This document shows positions 26,224-36,001 of a stretch of 37,493 bases of DNA, piece after piece; the stretch's first letter is position 1, and each line of letters begins with the position of its first letter. A program made the translations under genes and the position numbers. The notes under the pieces are model-generated. The model did not search any database, had not been told where the DNA came from, and worked only from the letters and a program-made list of their open reading frames with translations. Source of the stretch: Promethearchaeota archaeon (GTDB taxonomy: Archaea; Asgardarchaeota; Hermodarchaeia; Hermodarchaeales; Hermodarchaeaceae); assembly GCA_048938385.1 (NCBI GenBank), contig JBHLMG010000022.1, positions 1 through 37,493 on the forward strand, read 5' to 3'.

Positions 26224-26518
26224 GGTTTCACATCATAACTTTGACTCCTAGATGGCCTGCAATACATCATATGATGGTGGGGCGGTGTTTACATTTTTTT
26301 TACCTTCGAAGATCCGTTTACATGTTAATTTTTTTCGCACCATCGAAAACATTAAAAGTATAGCTATAGTTTTGTTATTTCAAATACTTTAATGTCCTTT
26401 ATAATTTATCGTAGTATGTTTGTTTTAATTAATGACGATAATATTAGGTCATATGCTAATCTAAATGGCTAACCCTCAGTTTTCGACCCATCGAAAATAA
26501 AATGGTTTCACATCATAA
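26224..26518. promoter_or_regulatory. Divergent regulatory region with two GGTTTCACATCATAA copies (26224, 26504), two TTTTCG-N6-CGAAAA sites (26332, 26480) and the palindrome CATCATATGATG (26265)
   Basis: Repeats read directly from the sequence. Confidence 0.6.
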
Positions 26519-26614
26519 GAAAAGTGCAAGTAACCCCTCTTGAGCTCAAAAAGGCTAGATTTTTACTCATTGAAGGCGATTACTGGTTACTTAACAGATT
26601 GGAGAAATGGCTAC

Positions 26615-29068
26615 ATGACTCTTCGTTCATCACGTTTAGTGTCAGCAATATTCATTGTAACATTGTTGACTATGATGTTTTGTACTCCCATGGGCTTTTT
26701 TTCACCATTGGGCGGTACTTATGCTAGCGGTCCTCCTGTAAAAGGTTTGGATAACTTTGTGGAGGATTTCGCTACCACGACTTACCGAGATGGTGTTACC
26801 ACCGCTTCGGGCTGGGGCACTGGCGCGATTTCGAATCCCCGCGTCAGTGTAATCACTCAGCTTGATTTCTTCAGCACTGCTGATCCGGTTATGGATGTGG
26901 ATGTACAAGGACGAAAAGCCTACTTCACCATGAAAACTTCGGGTCCCGATTCACTTCAGATCGTGGATCTTTCAAATCCAGAGCAGATTACACTGATGGA
27001 TACTAGAAACGCTGCAGGTGACTTGATTTCCATTGAAGTAGTGGGTGATATTGCTTATGTTGGAACTGGTGCAGCTGGTGGCACCTGGATGGCTGCTTAC
27101 AATGTAAGCAATCCCTACAGTATTCCCTTTCCTGAATGGGACTCAAACATTGGAAGTGACGCTATTACCGACCTCACTGTCCAGGGACACCACCTTTACG
27201 CCGCCTTATATGGTGTTTTTGGTGCGTTTCGCATTTACGATGTGGAAGACCCAGCAAACATCATCCAAGTGTTTGACCAAACCTGGAACAATCTCACGGC
27301 AATAGATGTGAAAGGGCAGTTATCCTACATGGCGCATGGTGAATGGGGATTTAATGTCCGTAATGTGTCTAATCCCTATGCCCCAGTTTCGGTGGGCTCA
27401 GTAGATACACCAGGGAACGCCTCAGCCGTATTGGTTGAGGGCACTTTAGCCTATGTGGCTGATTGGGAAAGTGGTGTGCAAATCATAGATGTCAGCACTC
27501 CTGATACTCCAACAATCGTTGGTACTTTTGATACAACAGGTCAAGCTCAGAATCTGGCACTTCAAGGGAAAACCCTCTTCGTAGCTGATGGTGATGGGGG
27601 ACTAGTGTGTTTGGATGTTTCGAACCCTGCCTCACCTCAATATGTCTCATCTATTGGCACGGCTTACACCTACGATGTTGCCCTCTATGGGGGCGTCGTT
27701 GTTGTTGGTACAGCAAGTGGTCTCTATACCTTTCAGGTAGGGATCGGTCTTGCCGATTTACCGCTAGTTGGTGTCTTTGATGCAGGATATGAGGTATGGG
27801 ATGTCCGGGTCTGTGGAGATGTTGCCTATGTCGCCGCAGGACCTAATGGTTTCCTCACCATCGATGTTAGCGATGTGACAAACCCGGTTCTCCTTGATCA
27901 ATACAATGCCACCGCTGACCATTACCGAAAACTCGATGTCCAAGGACACTTGGCCTATGTGATCGATTCTTCCGTGTCTGGAGGAGAATTACGTATTTTC
28001 GATGTGAGTGATCCCAGCAACATTCAGTCAGTGTGGGTTGGGGTAGGAACCAATCTGATGGATGTCTTTGCCTTTGGTGAAGTCGTCTTCTACACCTACG
28101 CCACTGGTTTTGGGGCTCTGAATGTCTCTGACCCCTACAGCCCTAATATCATGTGGACACGTAGCACCGGAACGAACATGACCGCTTGTTGGGTGCAAGG
28201 CTATCATCTTTACATGGTGAGCCGAGTCACCTCAGGTGTTGGCTTCTTTATCTACGACATCACTGACCTGAATGCCCCGAATTCGATCTACACCTGGGGT
28301 GGAGTATCCACCAACCAGTATGATATCTTCGTGGAAGGTGATTCTGCCTACATAGTTGATGCAGCGGGTACTGCATATTCCGAACATTGGAATGTAATGA
28401 ACCCTTACAATCCTTACTACAGTGACTATGTGAATTCTCTCTCTGGAACTCCAATGGGCGTCTGGGCCTTTGGACCCTACATGGTAACCGCAAATTACAC
28501 TGGTGGCGTGTGTCTTTGGAACACCTCAGATATCAATGACATGCAATACCTTGCTGGTTATGCTGAGGCCAATCGCTCCGTTCAAATCACCGTAGCTGGT
28601 GACTACATCTATGTAGCGAACCGTACATCTCTAGTTATCCTGCGACTCTTCCACAGTGCTGGTAACACCTACATAACCAGTTCTTTAGCTCAATCAACTC
28701 AAGTAGACGCCACTGCACAACCCATTAGGAAGGCAACACTGACACGAACGGCAACTCTTCCCTCCGGAACCAGCATTGATTTCGAAATGTCTGCTGATGG
28801 AGGAACACACTGGGAAACCGTGACTGTAGGTGTAGAGCACACCTTCGCATTTCCGGGCAGTGATTTGCGATGGCTAGCCGCTTTCGCTAGCAGCTTTAAC
28901 CACCACACGCCAAGCTTGTCTCAAGTTACTATTGATTACGAGTACGACGATCCTCTCCCACCCTTTAACCCCTTACTGCTCATTGGTATTGCAGCGGCAA
29001 TCATCCTAGTCATCGTTGTGCTAGTGGTCTTTCTGTTTCTTCGTCAACGATCCCGGGGACCTAAATAG
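26615..29068 (+). CDS. LVIVD-repeat (beta-propeller) surface protein with a C-terminal TM anchor
   Basis: Many V-x-G-x-x-AYVAD...G-x-x-I-x-DVS-x-P repeats; signal peptide from MTLRSS (ATG 26615, GGAG upstream); C-terminal PLPP-TM-RQR. Confidence 0.92.
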   Translation: MTLRSSRLVSAIFIVTLLTMMFCTPMGFFSPLGGTYASGPPVKGLDNFVEDFATTTYRDGVTTASGWGTGAISNPRVSVITQLDFFSTADPVMDVDVQGRKAYFTMKTSGPDSLQIVDLSNPEQITLMDTRNAAGDLISIEVVGDIAYVGTGAAGGTWMAAYNVSNPYSIPFPEWDSNIGSDAITDLTVQGHHLYAALYGVFGAFRIYDVEDPANIIQVFDQTWNNLTAIDVKGQLSYMAHGEWGFNVRNVSNPYAPVSVGSVDTPGNASAVLVEGTLAYVADWESGVQIIDVSTPDTPTIVGTFDTTGQAQNLALQGKTLFVADGDGGLVCLDVSNPASPQYVSSIGTAYTYDVALYGGVVVVGTASGLYTFQVGIGLADLPLVGVFDAGYEVWDVRVCGDVAYVAAGPNGFLTIDVSDVTNPVLLDQYNATADHYRKLDVQGHLAYVIDSSVSGGELRIFDVSDPSNIQSVWVGVGTNLMDVFAFGEVVFYTYATGFGALNVSDPYSPNIMWTRSTGTNMTACWVQGYHLYMVSRVTSGVGFFIYDITDLNAPNSIYTWGGVSTNQYDIFVEGDSAYIVDAAGTAYSEHWNVMNPYNPYYSDYVNSLSGTPMGVWAFGPYMVTANYTGGVCLWNTSDINDMQYLAGYAEANRSVQITVAGDYIYVANRTSLVILRLFHSAGNTYITSSLAQSTQVDATAQPIRKATLTRTATLPSGTSIDFEMSADGGTHWETVTVGVEHTFAFPGSDLRWLAAFASSFNHHTPSLSQVTIDYEYDDPLPPFNPLLLIGIAAAIILVIVVLVVFLFLRQRSRGPK

Positions 29069-29132
29069 CGTCCCCTACTTCTCCTTTTTTTCTGCTTGAT
29101 GTTCTCTGTCGAGAACTTGTTTTGTTTTTTAG

Positions 29133-29150
29133 TTTTCCATCCATCGAAAA
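29133..29150. repeat. Third copy of the 18-bp pseudo-palindrome (TTTTCC-ATCCAT-CGAAAA)
   Basis: Matches the sites at 26332 and 26480; lies between convergent genes. Confidence 0.55.
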
Positions 29151-29220
29151 CAACTAAGTTTCAAATCTTAGGAAAAAGAGGGGAAGGCCCAGCAATATGC
29201 TGGGCAAGTGAGCTTCTGGA

Positions 29221-31794
29221 TTAACGCTGTCGGCGACGACGAAGTACCAAAATGACTCCTAAGGCTCCCACGAGGCCGATGATGAGGGCTTCAATCGGGA
29301 ATCCTGGAATCGGGGGAGGTGTAATTCCGTTACTAACGGTAATGGTTATCGAGTCAACGGCAGAGTTACCTGCATTGTCATAAGCCGTCGCGGTGATGGA
29401 GTAACTACCATCGGGAACAGTGGTGGAATCCCAAGCGTAAGTGTAGGGTGAGCTAGCGGAGGTATGTATCGGGGTGCCGTCGATAGCAAATTCCACATAA
29501 TCCATTCCGCTAATAGCGTCAGAGGCAGTGACATTGATGTTAACCGTGCCGCTGATGGTGGCACCATCATTGGGCGCATCAATAGCGATCAAGGGATCGT
29601 CTTGTTCGTCAACAGTGTACTGGAAGGGATTGGCGCCATCTTGTAACACTGTGATCATGCCCCAGGTGTCGTTAGCCTGGAAGTAATACTCGACGGAAGT
29701 CGCGTAAGGTTGTCCGGGGATGGTGGACCGATAAGTGTTGCCAGTCTGATGAGCCATTGTAAGGACATTCCAAGTACCTGCGTTGATGCGATATGTTAAC
29801 TGAACAGTGTCTAAGTCTTGGTCTTCAGCATCGATATCTACTTGGACTGCCCCATTATGGAGTGGAACGCTGGGCACTAGTTGATGGCTGTGTAGCCGAG
29901 GCGCAGGATCATCGTAGATGTAGACATCATCGTAGAGTATTTCGAGATTTGCGTTGTTGGTGTAAGCGTAGAAGGTAATTTCATGCATTTGTGTGGCGGG
30001 GAGGCTACCAAAGGCGGCTTCGTAGTCATGGACGAGGTCGCGGTGAAGTTGAATCCAAGAACCGATAGTTCCACTGCCAGTCGCATTGAAATAGCAGTAC
30101 TGGGAGTCGTTGAGTAAGCCGCCCCAATTGGATATCCCCAGAATGTAATACAGGACACGGTTATCCTCAAATTCAATGGAGAATAGGATTTGACCATCAG
30201 TGAAGTCTTCGATGCGCCACATGAGATCCAAGTAGGTTTCCCGTGTGCTATTGAATGGGCGTTTATGCAGGTTCTGAGTAACGAGAACACCCCCAAAAGG
30301 ATCTAATGAGCAATTTGCAGCTTTACCCCCACCATACCCTTGGTCAGATACGGTGAGATCATATGAGGTTTGGGTGCCCCAACCATAGATTAGTGAGCCT
30401 GGGGCTCGTTGATCTTCAAAATCGCCAACAGTGACAGTCCTAGACCGGAGGATGAAATCGTCTACGAGAAGTTCTATTCGGGAATTGGGGTTGATTGAAA
30501 AAGCGGTGATATAAATTGTATCAACGAAGGTGTCACTACCACCAAAGGCGGATGAGACTTCTTGCCATAGATTACGCTGGAAATATTGCCAAGTCCCTGT
30601 GGTGTTAAACCCGTCAATATGATAGTAGCGATCGAATGTGCCGTTACTGAATATCAAGGGTCCCCCATAACCCACGATGTAGTAGATTCTGTAATAATGA
30701 GTGAAATTGTGAAACTGGAAATTCATTGTGACATAATCGTAATAGCCTATATCGTACTGGTTGAGTTGCCACCAACAACTAAAGAAACCTGGATTATCGT
30801 TGCTTATTCGTATCTGAGGAATATCGAAAAGTTGAACGTAGCTAGCGTTACCCGTGGAAGCAGCTGTGAGGTTGCAGCTATATGTTCCGGTGTGGGCTGT
30901 AATGCTCTGAGATGCAAAGGCTTGATCTCTGTTGCCCGCAGAGGACCAGAAGTCGAATGTTCCCATTTCCAGGTTCCCATTACGCGTTGAACCTCCAATG
31001 AAGGTAATCGTTTCATTTTGTAGCTGGACATCATCGAAAAAGCTCTGCACCCATTGGAATGTGGAAGAACCGGTTTGAAGGTGGAAGTAAACATCTCGTA
31101 CTTCAAGCCCTGGAGAAATGGTTCCAGGAAAAAGGGGGAGTGCCAGATAATCCGCCGTTATGTTCCTATGGAATGCATTCCAGACACTTAATGGCCCCAA
31201 GATTTGGTAAATCCCGGTATTAGAATAGTTAGTTAGAGACAGTGTATTTCCGCCAGCAAGATAGTAGTACAGAAATCGACCATCAGTTAACCGAACATAC
31301 ATAGTAAAGAAATCATTGTTTGGGTCAGGCATGGGTCCTACATACCAGTCAAATGTTAAAGTGAGATTCTGCATGTCTGCAAATACATTTGATTGATACC
31401 AATGTGACCATCCAATTACGCCATTTCCGGAACGCGTTTGTTGAGCAGCTGAATAGGTACCCTCGCTGACTGGATAGGGCGGAGAGATCGCTAGCCATTG
31501 AAATCGGTCACAAGTCAGATAATAGCTCCAGTCAATAGGATAGTAAGGACTGTACCATAGCTCAAGACCAGGATTATCAAAATGATTGTGCGTCCAGTTA
31601 GTGATTCCAAGATCAGGTCCAGGAGCAATTAAAGGCGATCCTACAGAGCTGACTCGATTATTTGTGCTAGATTGAATTATTTGGGTTGGTTGGGTCATTT
31701 GCAATAGGTTCGCTGAGTTCAATGGAATGAGGGGAATCACTATCAGAAGCAAAAAAATGATTGAGGTCGGTGTAACGATCTTGTGTGTAGCCAA
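29221..31794 (-). CDS. Secreted surface glycoprotein: repeated jelly-roll/CBM-like modules, Ig-like (Big) domains and a PGF-CTERM-type sorting signal
   Basis: Signal peptide; three repeats with W-x-x-x-x-R-N/D...DD; VEYYFQAND; Y-x-WDSTTVPDG-x-Y-x-I-x-A-x-AYD-x-AGN; C-terminal PIPGFP-TM-RRRR; many N-x-S/T sequons. Confidence 0.88.
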   Translation of the reverse strand: MATHKIVTPTSIIFLLLIVIPLIPLNSANLLQMTQPTQIIQSSTNNRVSSVGSPLIAPGPDLGITNWTHNHFDNPGLELWYSPYYPIDWSYYLTCDRFQWLAISPPYPVSEGTYSAAQQTRSGNGVIGWSHWYQSNVFADMQNLTLTFDWYVGPMPDPNNDFFTMYVRLTDGRFLYYYLAGGNTLSLTNYSNTGIYQILGPLSVWNAFHRNITADYLALPLFPGTISPGLEVRDVYFHLQTGSSTFQWVQSFFDDVQLQNETITFIGGSTRNGNLEMGTFDFWSSAGNRDQAFASQSITAHTGTYSCNLTAASTGNASYVQLFDIPQIRISNDNPGFFSCWWQLNQYDIGYYDYVTMNFQFHNFTHYYRIYYIVGYGGPLIFSNGTFDRYYHIDGFNTTGTWQYFQRNLWQEVSSAFGGSDTFVDTIYITAFSINPNSRIELLVDDFILRSRTVTVGDFEDQRAPGSLIYGWGTQTSYDLTVSDQGYGGGKAANCSLDPFGGVLVTQNLHKRPFNSTRETYLDLMWRIEDFTDGQILFSIEFEDNRVLYYILGISNWGGLLNDSQYCYFNATGSGTIGSWIQLHRDLVHDYEAAFGSLPATQMHEITFYAYTNNANLEILYDDVYIYDDPAPRLHSHQLVPSVPLHNGAVQVDIDAEDQDLDTVQLTYRINAGTWNVLTMAHQTGNTYRSTIPGQPYATSVEYYFQANDTWGMITVLQDGANPFQYTVDEQDDPLIAIDAPNDGATISGTVNINVTASDAISGMDYVEFAIDGTPIHTSASSPYTYAWDSTTVPDGSYSITATAYDNAGNSAVDSITITVSNGITPPPIPGFPIEALIIGLVGALGVILVLRRRRQR

Positions 31795-31992
31795 TACCTA
31801 TCCCTCAAAAGGTTAGTATTGTTAGTGATTGGTTCAATCCTGCTTTTATGTGTTATATTTAAAGTGGTTTTTTTGAAACCCCTTTTCTACCAAAGCACTA
31901 ACCAAGAAAGAGTAGGAGATAACTCAGCGAATTAGATTCGAGCTGATGGTTATGACTAACAGTATAACAGAGCTACTTAGGCATTTTAGGCA

Positions 31993-32394
31993 TTATGCCA
32001 TGCGTTTCTCCATGTGACGTGCGGGAAGGCGTTCGAGTGCGCGCCATGCGGCTTGTCGAACCTGTTCGTTTTGGTCTTTGCGGGCTTGGAATAGAGCACC
32101 TAAGACACGGGGTTCGGATCGAATGTGGCTGAGGGCTTCTACGGCATACCGTCTTGCAAGGGGATCCTCGCTTTTGATGGTTTTAAGGAGTGGTTCGATG
32201 GCTGGTTTCCCAATGCGGCCCAAGGAGAGGGCGGCAAGTTTTCGGGCGTAGTCGTCTTCTTCATCTTGTAGTACTCGAACGAGTTGCATTACTGCTACTG
32301 CCCCTATTTCGGCTAAAGCGGTACTAGCCTGTAACCCTTCACGACCAGGTTTGTGTAATTCCTGAATGAGCTCTTTTATGCGCTCTTCCTTCAT
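31993..32394 (-). CDS. PBS-lyase HEAT-repeat protein
   Basis: ARKLAALSLGRIGKPAIEPL, ARRYAVEAL and VRQAAWRAL repeats; likely start MKEERI at 32394. Confidence 0.9.
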   Translation of the reverse strand: MKEERIKELIQELHKPGREGLQASTALAEIGAVAVMQLVRVLQDEEDDYARKLAALSLGRIGKPAIEPLLKTIKSEDPLARRYAVEALSHIRSEPRVLGALFQARKDQNEQVRQAAWRALERLPARHMEKRMA

Positions 32395-32508
32395 TGGGGT
32401 GAAATCCTCCAACGAGGGGATTATGGGTGTTCAGAGATTTTCAGTGTTTCGATTCCTGCTAACTATGTTCAAAGGCTCTAAAAAGGTGAAAAATGGTTGA
32501 AATGGTAT

Positions 32509-33294
32509 CTATTCTTGGGCGACGCGGTACCAATATGTGTAAGTTTCTTTAAATCCCAGAGTAGAATACAACGCCTTTGCCGGGTCATTATGCTCTTCAA
32601 CTTGAAGATAACCGTGGGATGCCCCGTGATTTAACGCCCAGGTTACAAGGTTTTGAGTGATCACAGTTGCAATACCTTCCCGGCGATGATTTTTATCAAC
32701 GATTAAGCCAAACAGGCCAAGCCAAATCCCATCGATGACGCCCAAACCTGTTCCCACAATCGAATCACCTATGACTGCTGTGGCAAAGGCTTTCTCCTGG
32801 GTGATTCGTTCCATTATGCCTTGTCGCACTTTCAGTGTCACCTTATCATATCCAGCAAACCGTCCATATGCCTGAAGCCAGTCACGGTTTAGGCTGCCAA
32901 AGATCACGATTCCTACTTGGGGCTCTTCGACAACTACAGAATTCAAGGGAGCCGTATGGACTTCTACACGCATGTCCATAATGAGGGCATTATTCTCCAA
33001 GGCTTCATCCAAGTTGGGTGGCTGACTAGTCGTGGTTAACTGAAAACGCATCGGTAATCGATATTGCTGGTAGAAAGTTTCAACGGTCTTCAACGCTTTG
33101 TCAAGCTGAGCCTCCGGAGGGTTCCTGAGAGGAAGGACGCTGTTGGCACGACGGGTCACTCCCTCAGTTGCCCGAAGAAGCCAACCTCCATACTGTTGTC
33201 GATGTTTTGCTGGCCAAGCACGACTTGCTACCTCTTCGATGGCTCGAATTCGCTCCGAGGATGCCATAGACTTCACCTGGGCTGGTCTATCCAT
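32509..33294 (-). CDS. GNAT family acetyltransferase (two-domain type)
   Basis: AWPA, GGWLLRA..G.TRRANSV, HRREGIA and YLQV...N..A..LY..LGF. Confidence 0.92.
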   Translation of the reverse strand: MDRPAQVKSMASSERIRAIEEVASRAWPAKHRQQYGGWLLRATEGVTRRANSVLPLRNPPEAQLDKALKTVETFYQQYRLPMRFQLTTTSQPPNLDEALENNALIMDMRVEVHTAPLNSVVVEEPQVGIVIFGSLNRDWLQAYGRFAGYDKVTLKVRQGIMERITQEKAFATAVIGDSIVGTGLGVIDGIWLGLFGLIVDKNHRREGIATVITQNLVTWALNHGASHGYLQVEEHNDPAKALYSTLGFKETYTYWYRVAQE

Positions 33295-33570
33295 GGCGTG
33301 AAGCCCAGTATTTATCCTTATGTCTCCGCCAACTTAGGTCTCGACTTAAACAGATTTATACTGATTTTGGATTTTTGTCGGGGGTAGACGGCGAAAGCAC
33401 TCATTAAACTCAATGAAATTATTGAGTTCTCCTTCAAGCCAAATGAAACCTTCGATTTAGTAATTCAAGAATCTATGAGCACCTGCAAGGTGGTTAGGGT
33501 ATACTTTTTTTGGGATTAACAACAGTACCGTAATAATCGAGTTCGGGATAGTGGAAGTAAAAACACTTAG

Positions 33571-34398
33571 GTGAATAAGATGGCCATTCACAGTTTCTAT
33601 GTCATTGCATGGGATTCGGGACATCCTCTCTATCACCGAACTTGGGTTGAAATCGCAGAGCACCCAACCCTTCTTGCAGGGCTCATCGCTAGTGTAGAAT
33701 TACTCGCTCTCAAACTAACCAAACAACATGTGAATGTGGTTACCCTTCGAGATTATCGCTTCTTCTTTAAAGTCGACGAAGAAAATGGCCTCCTGATGGT
33801 ATTTATCACCGACTTCGTTGCAGATCCCACTCGATTTAGCGATTATTTGGATATGCTCCATTCACGGTTCATTGAGACTTTTGATAATCCCTCTAGTCAC
33901 ATTCCAATCGACCAACGGGACCCCCGACGGGCAAAGGTCTTCGACGAATTAGTTGACAGCCTGGTCTCTCACTGGGAAACGGGAGAAGTCACGCTTCGTG
34001 CAGCGCAAGTGATGGATATTCTCGATGTCTTCACACAATTCTATAATATTACGCTCCAAAGAGTCCTAACTGAACGAACTCGCGAGATGTATCTTTCAGA
34101 TATTCAACGCATATTCAGCATCCATCTCCAAGCGGATCCGGCTCTTCGCCCTATGAAACTGAATGATCAGGGAATGGTAATCTACGATCAACTTGATCCC
34201 GCTCAGGTCAACCGAGACACCATCATTGATATTTTGAGCATCGTCTTAAAAGAACTCATTTCACTTGTCCGGCGTACACGGAGGCGACAAAGCTACGAAA
34301 CCCTTTTCTTTGAACACTACGCTCCACTCATAAAGGAAGAATATGGACGGCTCGAAGAGTACGGTCTCATGAAAAAATTGGTGATGGAACTTCTATGA
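33571..34398 (+). CDS. Longin-domain protein with a C-terminal helical domain (start probably ATG 33580)
   Basis: IHSFYVI..SG.PLY.R...LLAGLIASV..LA...beta3-5...D...L..L...F.E.F fits the longin beta-beta-alpha-beta-beta-beta-alpha-alpha pattern; ATGA overlap with the GTPase gene. Confidence 0.78.
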   Translation: MNKMAIHSFYVIAWDSGHPLYHRTWVEIAEHPTLLAGLIASVELLALKLTKQHVNVVTLRDYRFFFKVDEENGLLMVFITDFVADPTRFSDYLDMLHSRFIETFDNPSSHIPIDQRDPRRAKVFDELVDSLVSHWETGEVTLRAAQVMDILDVFTQFYNITLQRVLTERTREMYLSDIQRIFSIHLQADPALRPMKLNDQGMVIYDQLDPAQVNRDTIIDILSIVLKELISLVRRTRRRQSYETLFFEHYAPLIKEEYGRLEEYGLMKKLVMELL

Positions 34399-34967
34399 AC
34401 CACTATGCGTCCGACGATGATAAGAGACAGGACCATTCCTATACGCATCGAGCAAAAATCATTGTTGTAGGTGACGCGGCTGTCGGTAAAACCAGTCTGA
34501 TTGTTCGATATGTGAAAGGCGTCTTCAACCCTGGTTACATCATCACCTTAGGGGTGAATTTTTTTTCTCAAGATGTGACCATCCTCGATAAAACCTTGCG
34601 CTACATCATCTGGGATACAGCAGGCCAAGAACGCTTTGGACCTGTCCGCAAAAAATATTATCTTGGCGCTCGCGGCGCTCTTCTCGTCTTTGATCTCACG
34701 AATCTCCAAAGTTTTGAACACCTAGATTTTTGGGTCAAAGAAATAGAAGGGATATGTGGTGAAATTCCCGTTCTTTTAGTAGGAAATAAAGCTGATCTAA
34801 CACCTGTCGTGAAACAAAGTGCGATTCAAGAGTATGCAACCCTCCACAATATGACCTATGTTGAAACCAGCGCCAAAACAGGCATGAACAGCATTCGCCC
34901 ATTTTTCCTCCTCGCACCCCTTATCCTTGGGGAGCTCAACAGAGCAGGTAGGACACATCAGTTTTAG
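34395..34967 (+). CDS. Rab-like small GTPase (Ras superfamily)
   Basis: G1 GDAAVGKT, G2 T-LGVNF, G3 WDTAGQERF, G4 NKAD, G5 ETSAK and a YYLGA RabF-like motif; no C-terminal Cys. Confidence 0.95.
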   Translation: MNHYASDDDKRQDHSYTHRAKIIVVGDAAVGKTSLIVRYVKGVFNPGYIITLGVNFFSQDVTILDKTLRYIIWDTAGQERFGPVRKKYYLGARGALLVFDLTNLQSFEHLDFWVKEIEGICGEIPVLLVGNKADLTPVVKQSAIQEYATLHNMTYVETSAKTGMNSIRPFFLLAPLILGELNRAGRTHQF

Positions 34968-35080
34968 ATTGCGTTTTCCTGTAGGCTCATTTATTAATTG
35001 TTTACCAAGCTTAAGCTTTTTCAGGACCTCATAATCAAAGTCTGTCTCCTTAACTGAAAACCACTTGAGCTGACACTATC

Positions 35081-35920
35081 ATGCCCCGGCTAGCCTACTG
35101 GGATCAAGAAGATCATGACAAAGCCATGTTCCAAATTCGACAGCCCCGCCAAGTAGTACTCTCACTAAGTTTTGAAGCTAAGGGAGTCCCTTTCGCAAAG
35201 AAACGCGTGCGCGTCTATGTTGCCCGGAGCATGGTTGAAGGGTGCGATGAATTTCATGAATACATCCTTAACGATGAAGGCACCCTCGAGCTATCTCAAC
35301 ATTATGGAGAAAGCCTAATCGATGTGGAGCTTCATCAGGAAGCCCTTCCCCCCGATTGTGGAATTGATTACATCACCTTCCACTGGTATCATCCTGGCCA
35401 ATGGTTTGACCAATTGTCAATTCATCAGGACTTGACGAAATGGAGGGTAAACCCGCCCAACACCAAAAATGGCGATATTACCTTTGATGTTACCTTCGAC
35501 CCCGCCTTACGACCTACTTCCGCTCAGGTGAATTTTTCAAATCTTCTCGGATATATTTTTGAAGCTCCAGAAATGGGAAGTTATCCTGAAGCCACGGTGA
35601 AAATTAGGGGAAAAGGTCAAGCCACATTCATCATCCACATGCACAGGTTCTTTGAGAAATGGGCAAAAAATTATCAAACTCCCTTTCAGGCAGGAGACGA
35701 ATACCCCTTGGAACTCATCCTGACATTCGATACCGCATTTGATGTAAAACCTTCGTCGAAAAAAGATCCGGTCTTTGTCCCCAAATCCTATGATGGGAGA
35801 GTTGATCAGGCCGATGGTAACCCCTACCTGGGTGTTCCTTCAACCACCCCGGAACATTCTACTCAGTTAGTTATAAAGCCAAAAGTGACGCTTACTTCGC
35901 AAATGCTTCCAAAGCCTTAA
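35081..35920 (+). CDS. Hypothetical soluble beta-rich protein (279 aa)
   Basis: Long ORF with no TM or signal peptide and no recognised motif. Confidence 0.8.
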   Translation: MPRLAYWDQEDHDKAMFQIRQPRQVVLSLSFEAKGVPFAKKRVRVYVARSMVEGCDEFHEYILNDEGTLELSQHYGESLIDVELHQEALPPDCGIDYITFHWYHPGQWFDQLSIHQDLTKWRVNPPNTKNGDITFDVTFDPALRPTSAQVNFSNLLGYIFEAPEMGSYPEATVKIRGKGQATFIIHMHRFFEKWAKNYQTPFQAGDEYPLELILTFDTAFDVKPSSKKDPVFVPKSYDGRVDQADGNPYLGVPSTTPEHSTQLVIKPKVTLTSQMLPKP

Positions 35921-36001
35921 TCTGTGGGTGGTTGTAGCTAAGCTTCTTAAGTCAACACCAGCTTTCTTGTATGTCAACCATCTTCGTCTTCGTAAAACAA
36001 G

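Noticed and set aside
31853-31863. TTATATTTAAA, a Xer-arm look-alike
   Set aside because: No matching left arm; better explained as the TATA region of the minus-strand surface-protein gene.
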